This document shows, in pieces, positions 8,855 to 19,546 of a DNA stretch of 64,000 nt. The translations under genes and the position numbers were made by a program. Position 1 is the stretch's first letter; the number at the start of each line of letters is the position of its first letter. The notes under the pieces are model-generated. The model saw nothing but the letters and a program-made list of their open reading frames with translations. It made no database searches and was not told the DNA's origin. This DNA is from Phycisphaerae bacterium (GTDB lineage Bacteria > Planctomycetota > Phycisphaerae > UBA1845 > Fen-1342). The stretch lies in NCBI GenBank assembly GCA_050115495.1, contig JASFQK010000003.1, positions 64,001 to 128,000 of the forward strand. The letters are read 5' to 3'.

Positions 8855-11314
8855 ATGGTCAGAACGTGCGGGTTTGTTCGGCGGGCCAGTCTGGTCGCCG
8901 CCCTCGCCTGGAGTGTCGCCGTGGCCGCTACGGCCAGTGCGCTGGTGCCCACGGACGACTTCATCACCGGCCGAGCCACCGCCGCCTGGGCGAAGTGGCA
9001 GCCCGCGATGCAGGCCATCCTGGATCGCCAGGCCGACCAGGCCGAAGAGCTCTTCGGCGAGTTACTCGCGGAAGAGCCGGCGGCGTTTCGCATCGCCCTC
9101 CTGGCCGAACGCACCATCAACCGCACGGCCCTCGGCGGTGCGGTCCTCCTGCTGGAACAGGATGCGGAGAATCAGGCCCTCGGGCCCAACGGGCAGCGCA
9201 TTGCCGAACTGCTCGAACAGGGTCGCGAGCAGATGAACGAAGCCGACGACGGTTGGTACTTCTGTGCCATCGGCCGGTTCGACGTCGCCCAGGCCAACTT
9301 CCAGGCCCTGCTCGGCTCGGACCCGGACCCTGTCGCCTTGCTTGAGTTCACCGATCGCGTCCCGCAACGCCGCGAGATGCTCCTCCGCCTCACCGACAAC
9401 ATCGTCGTCGGCGAGTCGGTCCGGGCCGTCCTCAAGCTGCTCGACGTCGGCGAAGAGCAGATCAAGGCCGATCCGACCCGCATCAAAGAGAACATCGTGC
9501 GACTCGGCGGCAGCCCGCGAGCCAATGAGAACGGCGTCGCCTGGCTGAAGCAGTCCGGCGAGTACGCCATTCCGTTCATGGTCGAGTTCCTGCGCGACCC
9601 GGCCCAGCAGCCGCTGACCCGCCCGATCCTGGCCTGTCTGCCGCAGATCGATCGCCCGGCGCTCAACCCGCTGCTGATCGCCCTCCGCATGGACAACGTG
9701 GTTGTTAAGAACTACCTGATCGACGCCGCCGGCAAGATCGGCTACCCGCAGGCGCTGCCATATCTGTTGCAGCAGCGCGACGAGCCGAACGCCGCCGTCG
9801 AGACCCGCGAAGCGGTCGAGACGGCCCTGGGCGGCCTGCAGAGCCGCTCCCGCGAGGTCAACACCAGCCTCAGTGCTGCCGACGCGTTCTACCAACTCGC
9901 CGAGGCCTACTACGCGGACCTGGCTTCGCTCGCCGCCGACCCGCGGCTGGACACGGCCAACGTCTGGTACTGGACCAACGAGCTGCTCCAGAACACCGAA
10001 GTGCCCGTCGGCATCTTCAACGAGATCATGTGCATGCGGTGCTGCGAGGAGGCCCTCCGCCTCGAGCCGAGCATGAAGAAGGCCCAGGCGCTCTGGGTCG
10101 CCGCCAACTTCCGCCGCGAGGTCCAGCTCGGTGAGGACCAGGTTGATCCGACCCGCCCCGAGAACTACCCCTCGGCCGGCTACTTCGCCCAGACCGGCGG
10201 CCCCGACGTTTGCCTCATGGCTCTCGCCCGGGCCCTCGACGACGGCGATCCCGCGGTCGCCCTCGGCACCATCGAAGCCCTCGCCAAGACCGCCGGCCCG
10301 GCCAGCATCACCGGCGACGCCAGCGGCCGCCTGCCTCTGGCTGAGGCTCTTTCGTTCCCCGATCGCATGGTGCGCATCCGTGCCGCCCTTACCCTCGGTA
10401 ACGCCCGGCCGGTGAGCCCCTTCCTGAACCAGCAGAACCTCATGCCGGTTCTCTCCGAGGCGCTCATGCTCTACGGCGGGGCCCGCAACGCCCTCGTCGT
10501 CGACCCCGACACGGCCAACGCCAACGCAGTCGCCGGTATTCTCTCCGGCGACGGGTACGAGGTGGCCATCGACGGTGAGTTCCTCCGCGGCTTGCAGAAG
10601 GTCCGCGAGATGTTCCCCTCGTTGGACGTCATCTTCCTCGCTGCTGATATTTCCGACGTGACCCTGCCCGAGGCCCTGGCCCAGTTGCGGGCCGAGTTCC
10701 GCTTCGGCGCCACGCCGGTCATCATCATCAACAAGCCCGGCCAGCGCGGCCTCGTTCGCGATCTCGTCCGCGCTGACCATCGCCTTGGCGACATCGTCCC
10801 CGGCGACGCGGCCGACCGCATCCGTGCGGCCGTCGAGACCGTCTCGCGGGCCGTCGGCGTTCACGCCATCACACCGGAGGCCGGCACGGCCCTGGCCATG
10901 GAGGCCGCCGAAACCCTCGACATGCTGGCGGTGACCCACAATCCGCTGTTCGCCGTCGCCGACGCGAAGCTCGCCCTGATCGCGGCCATGGGAACCACGG
11001 ATCCGGCCCTGCGGATCAAGGTCGCCCACGTGCTCGGCTATCTGCCGGACACGGCCGCTCAGGAGGCCATCGCCATCATCGCTCTGGATGAGAACCAGCC
11101 GGAGGACATGCGGGTGGCCATGTTCACGGCCTTGGCCCAGGCCGCCAAGGCCTGCGGAAACCAGCTCGAGTCCGCCACGGTGGACCGTCTGGTGAGCATC
11201 GCCGAGAAGGATGCTAACCTCGTGATCCGCACGGCCGCGTCCGAGACGCTGGGAGCCCTGAACCTGGCGGCAGACAAGGGCAGCGAGATCATCCGCAATC
11301 AGTACGGCGGCTAG
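8855..11314 (+). CDS. Secreted HEAT-repeat protein with degenerate receiver-like domain
   Basis: GGAGG RBS; signal peptide; HEAT-like repeats (VRIRAALTLG, IRTAASETLG); ALVVDPD...LDVIFLAAD...TPVIII segment. Confidence 0.8.
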   Translation: MVRTCGFVRRASLVAALAWSVAVAATASALVPTDDFITGRATAAWAKWQPAMQAILDRQADQAEELFGELLAEEPAAFRIALLAERTINRTALGGAVLLLEQDAENQALGPNGQRIAELLEQGREQMNEADDGWYFCAIGRFDVAQANFQALLGSDPDPVALLEFTDRVPQRREMLLRLTDNIVVGESVRAVLKLLDVGEEQIKADPTRIKENIVRLGGSPRANENGVAWLKQSGEYAIPFMVEFLRDPAQQPLTRPILACLPQIDRPALNPLLIALRMDNVVVKNYLIDAAGKIGYPQALPYLLQQRDEPNAAVETREAVETALGGLQSRSREVNTSLSAADAFYQLAEAYYADLASLAADPRLDTANVWYWTNELLQNTEVPVGIFNEIMCMRCCEEALRLEPSMKKAQALWVAANFRREVQLGEDQVDPTRPENYPSAGYFAQTGGPDVCLMALARALDDGDPAVALGTIEALAKTAGPASITGDASGRLPLAEALSFPDRMVRIRAALTLGNARPVSPFLNQQNLMPVLSEALMLYGGARNALVVDPDTANANAVAGILSGDGYEVAIDGEFLRGLQKVREMFPSLDVIFLAADISDVTLPEALAQLRAEFRFGATPVIIINKPGQRGLVRDLVRADHRLGDIVPGDAADRIRAAVETVSRAVGVHAITPEAGTALAMEAAETLDMLAVTHNPLFAVADAKLALIAAMGTTDPALRIKVAHVLGYLPDTAAQEAIAIIALDENQPEDMRVAMFTALAQAAKACGNQLESATVDRLVSIAEKDANLVIRTAASETLGALNLAADKGSEIIRNQYGG

Positions 11315-11323
11315 GAGACCGCG

Positions 11324-12001
11324 ATGCCACAGGCTGCTTTCCTCGCGTTGATGTTCTTGGCGCCGCAGGCTGCCTCCACGGTTGGGGCGGGTCCCGAGCC
11401 GGCCCCCACGCCGATCTCCTGGGAGCTTGATATCAAGTTCCTCGATCCCGAGCGGATCGAGGTCCAGCTCCCCGGGCAGGCCGAGCCGGAGGTCTATTGG
11501 TACATGGTGTACACCGTGACCAACCCCGGCAGCCGTAGCCAGTTCTTCTTCCCGACCTTCCAGTTGGTGACGGACGATCTCCGCGTGATCGACACCGACA
11601 CCGGCATCAGCAAGCTCGTTTTCGACGCCATCGCCGAGCGCCACCGCATCACGCACAAGTATCTCATGCGGCCGACGAGAGTTATCGGCGAGTTGCTCAT
11701 GGGCGACGACAACGCTCGGGAATCGGTCGCCATCTGGCGGGCGAATGACCTAAATGTAAACAGCTTCACGATTTATGTCGCGGGGCTGAGCGGCGAAACG
11801 CAGTTCATCCACAATCCGGCGTACGACCCGAGCCAGCCGGAGCGGGTCGAGGTCGGCGCGGACGGGAAGGAGCGGGTGGTGAATCCCCGCCACTTCACCC
11901 TTCGCAAGACGCTGGAGATTAGTTACAATCTCCCGGGATCGCCGGGGGCGCGAACGGTGGCAGCGCCGGAGCGCCAGGCGGTTCGTTGGGTAATGCGTTA
12001 G
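11324..12001 (+). CDS. Conserved hypothetical exported protein
   Basis: AGGAG RBS, signal peptide, YWYMVYTVTN and TLRKTLEISY motifs. Confidence 0.75.
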   Translation: MPQAAFLALMFLAPQAASTVGAGPEPAPTPISWELDIKFLDPERIEVQLPGQAEPEVYWYMVYTVTNPGSRSQFFFPTFQLVTDDLRVIDTDTGISKLVFDAIAERHRITHKYLMRPTRVIGELLMGDDNARESVAIWRANDLNVNSFTIYVAGLSGETQFIHNPAYDPSQPERVEVGADGKERVVNPRHFTLRKTLEISYNLPGSPGARTVAAPERQAVRWVMR

Positions 12002-12110
12002 CCGGGCGGGAGTTGTGGTCCGCGTGGCCGGTTGCGGTGTGGGACCGGCCGGCGGTTAGCTTGTCGGCATCCGGTGCTGCCGGAGCGATTAGAAACGGAA
12101 GTGGCAGAGT

Positions 12111-12362
12111 ATGGCTCATAAGAAAGGACAAGGGTCAACACGCAACGGGCGGGACAGCAATCCGCAGTATCGCGGTATCAAGCTGTACGGCGGGCAGGCG
12201 GCCCAGACGGGCTCCATCATCGTCCGCCAGTGCGGAACACCCTTCAAACCCGGACTAAACGTGGGTCGTGGGCGGGATGATACTTTGTTCGCTCTGGCGA
12301 ACGGCGTCGTCCAGTTCAAAGGGCGGTTCGTGTCCGTCGTGCCGGCGGAAGCGACGAACTAA
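12111..12362 (+). CDS. rpmA: 50S ribosomal protein L27
   Basis: [17 protein letters not shown]...[10 protein letters not shown]...[13 protein letters not shown]. Confidence 0.98.
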   Translation: MAHKKGQGSTRNGRDSNPQYRGIKLYGGQAAQTGSIIVRQCGTPFKPGLNVGRGRDDTLFALANGVVQFKGRFVSVVPAEATN

Positions 12363-12459
12363 CCGGTACGCCGCACGAACGTTGAAGGCGTGCCGCCGCC
12401 GACCTCCGGCGGCAGCGCGCCTTCTCCTTTGCGCTCACGTGCAACCACCGACTCTCGAT

Positions 12460-12594
12460 TGCCACGCGTGGCTTGCCCACCCGTGCTCCCCCCTCAATCC
12501 GAGCCCCGAGCGGTAGCGAGCGGGTCATCTCCGCCGCGGTGCTCGGGTGCTGCTGGTGGCCCTCGGGTGCCACTGGTGGCTTGCCCACCAGTGC
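12460..12594. repeat. Two REP-like palindromes of family B (TGCCACTGGTGGCTTGCCCACCAGTGC)
   Basis: Copies at 12460-12486 and 12568-12594; further copies at 41059, 41276, 46436 and 46682. Confidence 0.8.
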
Positions 12595-12605
12595 CGCCGC
12601 GATTC

Positions 12606-15533
12606 TCAGAACGTTGCCCGACCCTGTTGCAGCAACGTCAACGGATGCGTCCGTCCCGTCGTCACCGCTGGCCACACCGCCGCCAGGGCCGACAGCGCCA
12701 ACACGCCGCCCAGCCCCGCCAGCACGCGTAACCACGGCACGACCAGCGGCGGATGCAGCCCGCCGAAGAAGCTGAGGTACTGCGACATCCCCGCCCCGCA
12801 CCAGCCGGCGACGATCCCGAATCCCAGGCTCAACACGCACGCCACCGCTCCAACGAGCAGTCCCTCGGCGATGACCAGCCGCACCAGCGTCCACCGCGTG
12901 AAGCCCAGCGCCCGCAGAATCCCCATATCCCACCGCCGGGCGCGAACCGACGCGAGTATCGCGTTGAGCACGGCGATCGACGTCACCACCAGTGTCACCA
13001 GCGGAAGCTGGCTCATCGCCCAGATCCACCGCTTCGCGTGCGCACGCACCATGCCGCGGATCCCCTCGACCGGCATGACCCGCACGTACGGCGCGTCGCC
13101 CAGCGCCCCGCCGATGGCGACGTCCCGCCCGACCACCTCGCCGTACAGCGCCTGCGCCGCGGCCCCCAGCTTCTCCGCGTCCGTTTTCGCCGGATCAAGA
13201 TCCAGCCACACGTGCGACGCCGCCTTGAAGCCGAAATCGCCCGCCACCGTCGCATAGTCGGCGAACACCAGCGCCGCCGCCCGGTGCGTACGCGTCCGGA
13301 ACCCCGTCGGCTTCGTTTGCCAGTGCCAGCCCGGCAGCCGCACCGCGCCGGCGATCGTGTATTGCACCGGATGTTCATGGTTCTCCGGCGGAACCAGCAT
13401 GAACGAATCGCCGACCTTCAGCTTCGCCTCGCGCAGGAAGTGATCCGGCACAATGCACCCGCGGCCCGTCTTGAGCAGCGGTATCGCCTCCGCGGCCGAG
13501 CCTTTCTGCCAGTCGAGCGTCAGCAGGGGCGTATCCCCGCCGAACGCTCGCTCCGGATCGAGCCCGACGATGACCACGTTGTCCTGCCGTGTGACCGAAG
13601 CGCGCTCAGCGCTGTTGGTCAGATCTTCCAATAGCCGCGGCTGCTCAGCGACGATCGGCAGGCACCGCCCACCATCGACGCCGGGAAACTGCGCGACCGA
13701 GGCCACCCGTTCCGGCGGCAGCCCATCCGGCTGGAACGTGATCAGCGCATCCGGCGCCCATGCCCCGGGGATGAACGGCGCCAGCATCGTGAACCCCCAG
13801 ACCTGGATGGCCACGTACAGCCCGAGCCCGATCGTCAGCGCCACCGAGGTGCTCACTGTCCGCCACAGGTTGCTCGATATCTGGCTGCCCAGCAACGTCG
13901 GTTCGAGCGCCAGCACGCGGGCCAGCACGGGGCTGATCAGCCGATCGACCAGCACGACCGCCGCCGGCGCCAGCAGGATGAAACCGACCGCCATCGCCGC
14001 TCCACCAAGGAGCATGTACAGCACGAACGGCGCATCATCAGCGTGCGGAATAGCGAACGTGATGATCGGATTGACCACGATGAGCAGCAGCCCCACGACG
14101 ACCGCCGCCACCGGAACGTGTCGCGCCGTCGTCGGCGACTGCGGCGCCATCGCATCGATCGGCCGCACCCGCGTCGCGCGAAAGGCCGGCACCAGCGCTG
14201 CGAGCAGCGCCCCGCCGTACGCGCACGCCGCGGCGAGCAGCACGCTGTTGACGCCCATGACAGCGCCGCCCGTGAGCGGGCCGGACGTCGTTTGGGTGGC
14301 GAAGGTCAGCACTACCTGCCCGGCCCCGATCCCGCCGAGAAACCCGATCGTCGCCAGCAGCAGGCTTTCGATCAGAATCAGTTGGGCGACCTGCGCCCGC
14401 GTGAGCACGACCGCCCGCAGAATCGCCAGTTGCCGTGTTCGCTCGGTAACGCCGATGTTCAGCGTGCTGAAGATGATGAACAGCGCCGCCAGCAGCGAGA
14501 TCCCCGTGGCAGCGTAGGCCTGCATCCGCATGTTCTCGGCGGAGGCACTCTGGTCGAGCGTCTCCTCGATGTCGTGGGAATCCTGGAACTGGCAGGGCGT
14601 GTCGAATGCGCTGAGCCGCGTGGCCCAGCCAAAGCGGAACTGCGTGACGTCCACGTCCGGCTTGATCACCACGCCGACGAAGCTGATCTGCGACGGGCGG
14701 CCCTGAATGCGCTCGGCCAGTGCCATCGGCGCATACACGCCGCCGATGCTCGGGCTGCGCAACTGGCCACCCGCGACGTACGCAGCGAAGCCACCCGGCC
14801 CCATCGACGGTGTGCTCACCAGGCCGACGACGCGCAGGTGCAACGCATCCTCGCCATGGCCGGCCAGCAGCTCCCCGCCGACGCCGACACGCAACCGCCG
14901 TGCGATGTCAGCGCTGACGGCGACTTCCAGCGCGTCGGGACGAGCTGGGTCGATCCATCGCCCCTCCGCCAGGGGAAACGGCGCTTCCGTCGCATCGGTG
15001 CCCAGCAGGATGACCGTAGGAATGCGCGGTCCCGGCGTTGCCACCGGCCCGGGTCGCGCTCCCGATGCCCCACGCGGTCTTCCGCCCGGTCGCCCCGACC
15101 CTCGTCCCGGTCGTTCCGTTCCCGCCGACGGCCCAGCACTCGGCCGCGACGTGGGCTCCGAGGTCGGCTGCGAGGCGCTAGCGTCCGCGTCGCCGGTCCT
15201 CAGCGTCGCCCACGCCGCCCACATCGGATCTGCCGCCACCACCGCCGGATCGGCCCGCAGCGCCTCCACGAGCGCCGGCGGAACGTACTTCTCGGCGTGC
15301 GTCGGAATCGCTCCCGGCGCGTATTGCCGAAAGTGGCTGATCGGCGCGATCGCCAGCGGATACCGTCCGAGCGCCTTATCCGAGAAATTCTCGAACGAGT
15401 TCAGCAACGCGTCGTAACCGCTCACAACCCACACGACCATGCACGCCGCGGCGATCGTCGCCAGCGATGTGAGCACGACCCGCATGATGCGCTCGCGGGC
15501 AAACGCGAATGTCAGCTTGAGTACGAGCTTCAT
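12606..15533 (-). CDS. FtsX/MacB-type ABC transporter permease (duplicated)
   Basis: Two FtsX domains (ERTRQLAILRAV, RRWDMGILRALG); ATGA overlap with the ATPase gene. Confidence 0.92.
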   Translation of the reverse strand: MKLVLKLTFAFARERIMRVVLTSLATIAAACMVVWVVSGYDALLNSFENFSDKALGRYPLAIAPISHFRQYAPGAIPTHAEKYVPPALVEALRADPAVVAADPMWAAWATLRTGDADASASQPTSEPTSRPSAGPSAGTERPGRGSGRPGGRPRGASGARPGPVATPGPRIPTVILLGTDATEAPFPLAEGRWIDPARPDALEVAVSADIARRLRVGVGGELLAGHGEDALHLRVVGLVSTPSMGPGGFAAYVAGGQLRSPSIGGVYAPMALAERIQGRPSQISFVGVVIKPDVDVTQFRFGWATRLSAFDTPCQFQDSHDIEETLDQSASAENMRMQAYAATGISLLAALFIIFSTLNIGVTERTRQLAILRAVVLTRAQVAQLILIESLLLATIGFLGGIGAGQVVLTFATQTTSGPLTGGAVMGVNSVLLAAACAYGGALLAALVPAFRATRVRPIDAMAPQSPTTARHVPVAAVVVGLLLIVVNPIITFAIPHADDAPFVLYMLLGGAAMAVGFILLAPAAVVLVDRLISPVLARVLALEPTLLGSQISSNLWRTVSTSVALTIGLGLYVAIQVWGFTMLAPFIPGAWAPDALITFQPDGLPPERVASVAQFPGVDGGRCLPIVAEQPRLLEDLTNSAERASVTRQDNVVIVGLDPERAFGGDTPLLTLDWQKGSAAEAIPLLKTGRGCIVPDHFLREAKLKVGDSFMLVPPENHEHPVQYTIAGAVRLPGWHWQTKPTGFRTRTHRAAALVFADYATVAGDFGFKAASHVWLDLDPAKTDAEKLGAAAQALYGEVVGRDVAIGGALGDAPYVRVMPVEGIRGMVRAHAKRWIWAMSQLPLVTLVVTSIAVLNAILASVRARRWDMGILRALGFTRWTLVRLVIAEGLLVGAVACVLSLGFGIVAGWCGAGMSQYLSFFGGLHPPLVVPWLRVLAGLGGVLALSALAAVWPAVTTGRTHPLTLLQQGRATF

Positions 15534-16288
15534 TCGGCCACCTCGACCGCCATGTGCAGGGCGTTCTGATAGGCGCCGGCGAGGGCCTGCGGATCGTGCA
15601 GCTCCGCCGTCGAGAAGCTGGCCATGTCCCGCCCATCCCTCAGCACCACGACACGGTCGGCCCACACCGCGACGGTCGGCTCGTGCGTGACGACCACGAT
15701 CGTTCGCTTCTGCTCCTTGCGCAATTCGCGCAGCAGCTTGCAGATCTGCTGACCGGTCACCGAGTCGAGGCTGCCCGTCGGCTCGTCCGCCAGGATGATC
15801 GCCGGATCGGTGACGAGCGCTCGCGCAATGGCCACACGCTGCTGCTCGCCGCCGGAGAGGGCGTCCGGCTTGTGCGACCGGCGGGCCTTGAGGTCGAGCC
15901 GTTCGAGCAGGGCGTCGACCCGCGCTTCCAGCCCAACCGTGTTCGTCGCCGGCAGGCGGATGTTATCCTCGGCCGACAGAATCGGGATCAGGTTGAACGC
16001 CTGAAAGACGAGCCCAATCCGCTGCCGCCGAAAGCGCGTCAGGTTCCCATCCGATAGCTTGGCCAGGTCCTGCCCTTCGACCCGCACGCGTCCCTCGTCG
16101 ACGTTGGTCAGGCCGGCGATGACGTGTAGCAGCGTGCTCTTGCCCGAGCCCGACGCGCCCATGATGGCGATGAACTCGCCGGGTGCGGCCGTCAGGTTCA
16201 CCCCGCTAAGCGCCGTGATCGTCGTCGATCCCTGGCGAAAGCGCTTCACAACCGACGTGACTTCCAGTGGCGTCACCGAGTTCTGCAT
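15530..16288 (-). CDS. ABC transporter ATP-binding protein (LolD/MacB-like)
   Basis: [32 protein letters not shown]. Confidence 0.96.
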   Translation of the reverse strand: MQNSVTPLEVTSVVKRFRQGSTTITALSGVNLTAAPGEFIAIMGASGSGKSTLLHVIAGLTNVDEGRVRVEGQDLAKLSDGNLTRFRRQRIGLVFQAFNLIPILSAEDNIRLPATNTVGLEARVDALLERLDLKARRSHKPDALSGGEQQRVAIARALVTDPAIILADEPTGSLDSVTGQQICKLLRELRKEQKRTIVVVTHEPTVAVWADRVVVLRDGRDMASFSTAELHDPQALAGAYQNALHMAVEVAE

Positions 16289-16376
16289 GTGCTTACCTTC
16301 ATAGGCTCAAGGTGAAATTCGCCGCTCGCTCCGGTCCGGGCGACCGCCAGTGCCGGCCCGCCGCCGGCTGCGCGTG

Positions 16377-17294
16377 CTACTTGATGATCCAGGTTTCCAT
16401 CGGTCCGTACACGCCCGTCACCATCCCCTGCGTTGCCGGCCCGAACGGGTAGAAGATCTTGTGCGCCGGGTACGTGCCGTAGGGCGTCCCTGCCGGAATG
16501 CCCAGTCCTTCCGGCGTCGTGCCCCAGTCTTCCTCGGGGGCCAGGTCGTGCCCGTCGTCGATCATCCGCTTTCCCGTGCGGATCTCGCCGGAGTGCCCGT
16601 CGAGGAACGCCGCGTTGAGGTGCCCGTAATGCCGGAACGCCAGGCTGCCCATTTGGTTGTTCAGCGCCGCGTTCGGCGGCATCCAGCTCGGGCCGATCGT
16701 CGGGGCGCAGTACCCAGTGAGCGTCGTGAACTCCTCGCCGCGGTTACGCTGGTAATCGCCGAAGGTCATCGTCTTGCTCGGGTCGGCCCCGGCCATCATC
16801 AGGTCGTTCCGCTTGATCCAGCGTTCGTACGTGCCACCCGGACCCGGCTGGAGGCTTGCCGACGTCGAGTTCTCATTGGCCCCGATGCTCACTCGCACGG
16901 AGTAATAGGCGCGGCTGTCGTCGCGAATCCGGTAGGCTTCCTCGGTCGTGTCCCCCATCGTGCCCAGCCGCCCCAACTGCTCGGTGACGTGGTCGCCCGG
17001 ACAGCGTGCCACCCGCCCGTCCTTGGCGTTGTGCAGGCTGACGTACCGCGTAAGTCCGCGCTCGAAGTCATACATCATATACACATCGACGCACCAGTCT
17101 TCGTTGTCGTTCAGGTACATCTCGTAGGCCAGCGCATACTGCCGCAGCAGCGACCGGCAACTGATCGATTTCGCCATGGCCCGCGCGTGGGTGAGCGACG
17201 GCAGCAGAATCGAAATCAGGGCGGCGATGATGGCAACCACCACCAGCAATTCGATGAGGGTGAACGCCCTCCGGGCCGTACGTGCGCTGTCCAT
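16377..17294 (-). CDS. Prepilin-type N-terminal cleavage/methylation protein with H-X9-DG motif
   Basis: [28 protein letters not shown]-terminal [15 protein letters not shown]. Confidence 0.92.
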   Translation of the reverse strand: MDSARTARRAFTLIELLVVVAIIAALISILLPSLTHARAMAKSISCRSLLRQYALAYEMYLNDNEDWCVDVYMMYDFERGLTRYVSLHNAKDGRVARCPGDHVTEQLGRLGTMGDTTEEAYRIRDDSRAYYSVRVSIGANENSTSASLQPGPGGTYERWIKRNDLMMAGADPSKTMTFGDYQRNRGEEFTTLTGYCAPTIGPSWMPPNAALNNQMGSLAFRHYGHLNAAFLDGHSGEIRTGKRMIDDGHDLAPEEDWGTTPEGLGIPAGTPYGTYPAHKIFYPFGPATQGMVTGVYGPMETWIIK

Positions 17295-17473
17295 GATTGT
17301 GCCCTCCACGGCAGGTTCGTTCGCCGACGCAACAACCTCGTGCGCCGAACCTGGCGGATGCCGCCCGTTCGCCCCTCCCTCCAACGTTGGTGAGCGACGG
17401 GCGGGTGTTGGTTCCACCTCGTCGCGATCGTAACCCCTCCTCGCCGCCTACGCTACCGCCTCGCTCGTTCTCT

Positions 17474-18241
17474 TCAGGGAAAGCTCGCCGGCCAGCTCCA
17501 CTTCCGCACACGCTCCAGGGCCACCCCGTCTGTCATGTTGAACCGCAATGGCGTGATCGACACATACCGCTCACGAACCACGGCCTGGTCGCTCTCCGGT
17601 GCGACCTGGTCGTCCGGCAGCCGGCCGTCCAGCGAGTACACCGTGTGCCCATCGGCCGTCATCTGCTTCAGGTAGTGCTCTTCCATCGGCGTCGTGCCCT
17701 GCGGGCAGCAGCGCACCCCCAGCGGCCAGCCCTCGTCCAGCGCGGGGATGTTCACATTCAGGCACACACCCGGCTCCGGGCCGGCGGCGATGATCCGCTC
17801 CAGCACGCTCCGCGCGATCCGCCCGGCCATGCCGAAGTTCAGTTCGTCCGACAGCGTCAGCGAGAACGCCACCGCTGGCAGACCGAAGAACGCCCCCTCG
17901 ATCGCCCCGGCCACCGTCCCGCTGTACAGCACGTTGATCCCCGTGTTCGCGCCGGCGTTGATCCCGCTGAGCACGATGTCCGGCGGCTGGTCCAGCAACT
18001 CGACGATGCCCAGCTTCACGCAGTCCGCCGGCCGGCCGTCCACGCTCCAGCCGTAGAACGCGTCGTTGACGTGCACGCGGTGCACGGACATGGGTGACCG
18101 CACAGTGATAGCGTGCCCCGACGCCGACTGCGGCGTCTCCGGCGCGACCACGTCCACTTCGCCCAGGTCAGCCACCGCCCGGTACAACGCCTCAATCCCC
18201 GGCGCCAGAATCCCGTCGTCGTTCGTAATGAGAATTCGCAT
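17474..18241 (-). CDS. surE: 5'/3'-nucleotidase SurE
   Basis: MRILITNDDG, GRPADCV, SGINAGAN...YSGTVAGA. Confidence 0.96.
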   Translation of the reverse strand: MRILITNDDGILAPGIEALYRAVADLGEVDVVAPETPQSASGHAITVRSPMSVHRVHVNDAFYGWSVDGRPADCVKLGIVELLDQPPDIVLSGINAGANTGINVLYSGTVAGAIEGAFFGLPAVAFSLTLSDELNFGMAGRIARSVLERIIAAGPEPGVCLNVNIPALDEGWPLGVRCCPQGTTPMEEHYLKQMTADGHTVYSLDGRLPDDQVAPESDQAVVRERYVSITPLRFNMTDGVALERVRKWSWPASFP

Positions 18242-18321
18242 GCGCGGCATTGTACGCGCAGCGGCCAGATGGGGAAAAGTCGCGGTGGATGAGACGGGAA
18301 GGGGGGGGCGGCCGTGTGCTG

Positions 18322-19359
18322 CTACACCTTGCCCACGACCGGCGTTGGCGTGTAATGCTGCTGCGCGCCGCTCGCGTCCACGTACCAGACTTGGTTGCGA
18401 CCGTGCCCCTTGGCGGCGTAGAGCGCGCCGTCCGCCTCGCCGATCAGCGCATCCAGCTCCGACTGCTCCGGTCGCATGCTCGCCGCCCCCAGGCTGATCG
18501 TCACGCGCACGCTGTTCTGCTCGACCGCGATCTCCTTCCCCTCGACCGCGGTTCGGATGCGCTCCGCCAGCGCCGTGGCTCCGGTGATCCCTTCCTCGGC
18601 GTTGACCACGAGGAACTCCTCGCCGCCGAAGCGCCCGCAGAAGTCATACCGCCGGCAGGCGTCGCGAATGCGGCGAGCGACTTCCTGGAGCACCAGGTCA
18701 CCGCTGTGGTGTCCGTACGTGTCGTTGACCCGCTTGAAGTGATCGATGTCGAGCATGATGCAGCTCAACTGCCGCCCGTGACGCCGGGCCAGGTCCCACG
18801 CCTCTCGGAAGCGCTCGATCGTGTACCGCCGGTTTGGCAGCTCTGTCAGTGAGTCGTAGTTAGCCAGGCGCGTGAGCTTCGAGTTGAGCACGGCCAGCTC
18901 GGCGTTGGATTTGCCCAGCTCGAGTTGCCGCTCGTAAAGCTCGTTTTGCAGCGTCAGGATGCGCTCGCCCGCGCGAATGCGAGCCAGCAGCTCCTGGAGA
19001 TCGTAGGGCTTCTTGAGGAAGTCGTCGGCCCCCGCCTCCAGCCCCTCGACCACCTTCTCCTTGTCGCCGTGAGCGGTCAGCAGAATGAAATGCAGCGAAC
19101 GGACGACCTGCGACGCCCGCAGCTCGGCCACCGCCCGGCAGAGCTCGATGCCGGTCATCTCCGGCATGAGCCAGTCGGCCACGACGATCTCCGGCCCCTC
19201 ATTGGTCAGGGCCGCCAGCGCTTCCTTGCCGTCCGCGCAGGCGATGACCGTGTATCCCGCCCGCTCGAGCTGTCGTCGCAACAGGGCGAGCGTGGCTGGA
19301 TCGTCCTCGGCGACGAGGATTCTGCGCTGACGCTGGTCGATGGCTGGCTCGGTGTCCAT
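18322..19359 (-). CDS. Response-regulator diguanylate cyclase (REC-GGDEF)
   Basis: REC domain (AEDD, DWLMP, KKP); DIDHFKRVND; RRYD I-site; GGEEF. Confidence 0.95.
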   Translation of the reverse strand: MDTEPAIDQRQRRILVAEDDPATLALLRRQLERAGYTVIACADGKEALAALTNEGPEIVVADWLMPEMTGIELCRAVAELRASQVVRSLHFILLTAHGDKEKVVEGLEAGADDFLKKPYDLQELLARIRAGERILTLQNELYERQLELGKSNAELAVLNSKLTRLANYDSLTELPNRRYTIERFREAWDLARRHGRQLSCIMLDIDHFKRVNDTYGHHSGDLVLQEVARRIRDACRRYDFCGRFGGEEFLVVNAEEGITGATALAERIRTAVEGKEIAVEQNSVRVTISLGAASMRPEQSELDALIGEADGALYAAKGHGRNQVWYVDASGAQQHYTPTPVVGKV

Positions 19360-19546
19360 CTGGCTGCAACGGGTACGAAACGGTTACTCTAGCCTGATAG
19401 CTCCACATCGGCCCGATCGGCGAGTTCCCTCAGTACAAGTCCGGCGGTCGGCGCCGACGCTCCTTACCCCGATAATAGACGCCGCCCGTTTGGTCTCCGG
19501 CGTTCCTGCCCGACCCAACCGGCGACCGTCCCTTGCGGAGGACCGG

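Noticed and set aside
9062..11656. Long antisense ORFs (also 32912-36061 and 39074-41119)
   Set aside because: These are shadow frames of real genes, caused by high-GC codon bias; they contain no recognisable motifs.
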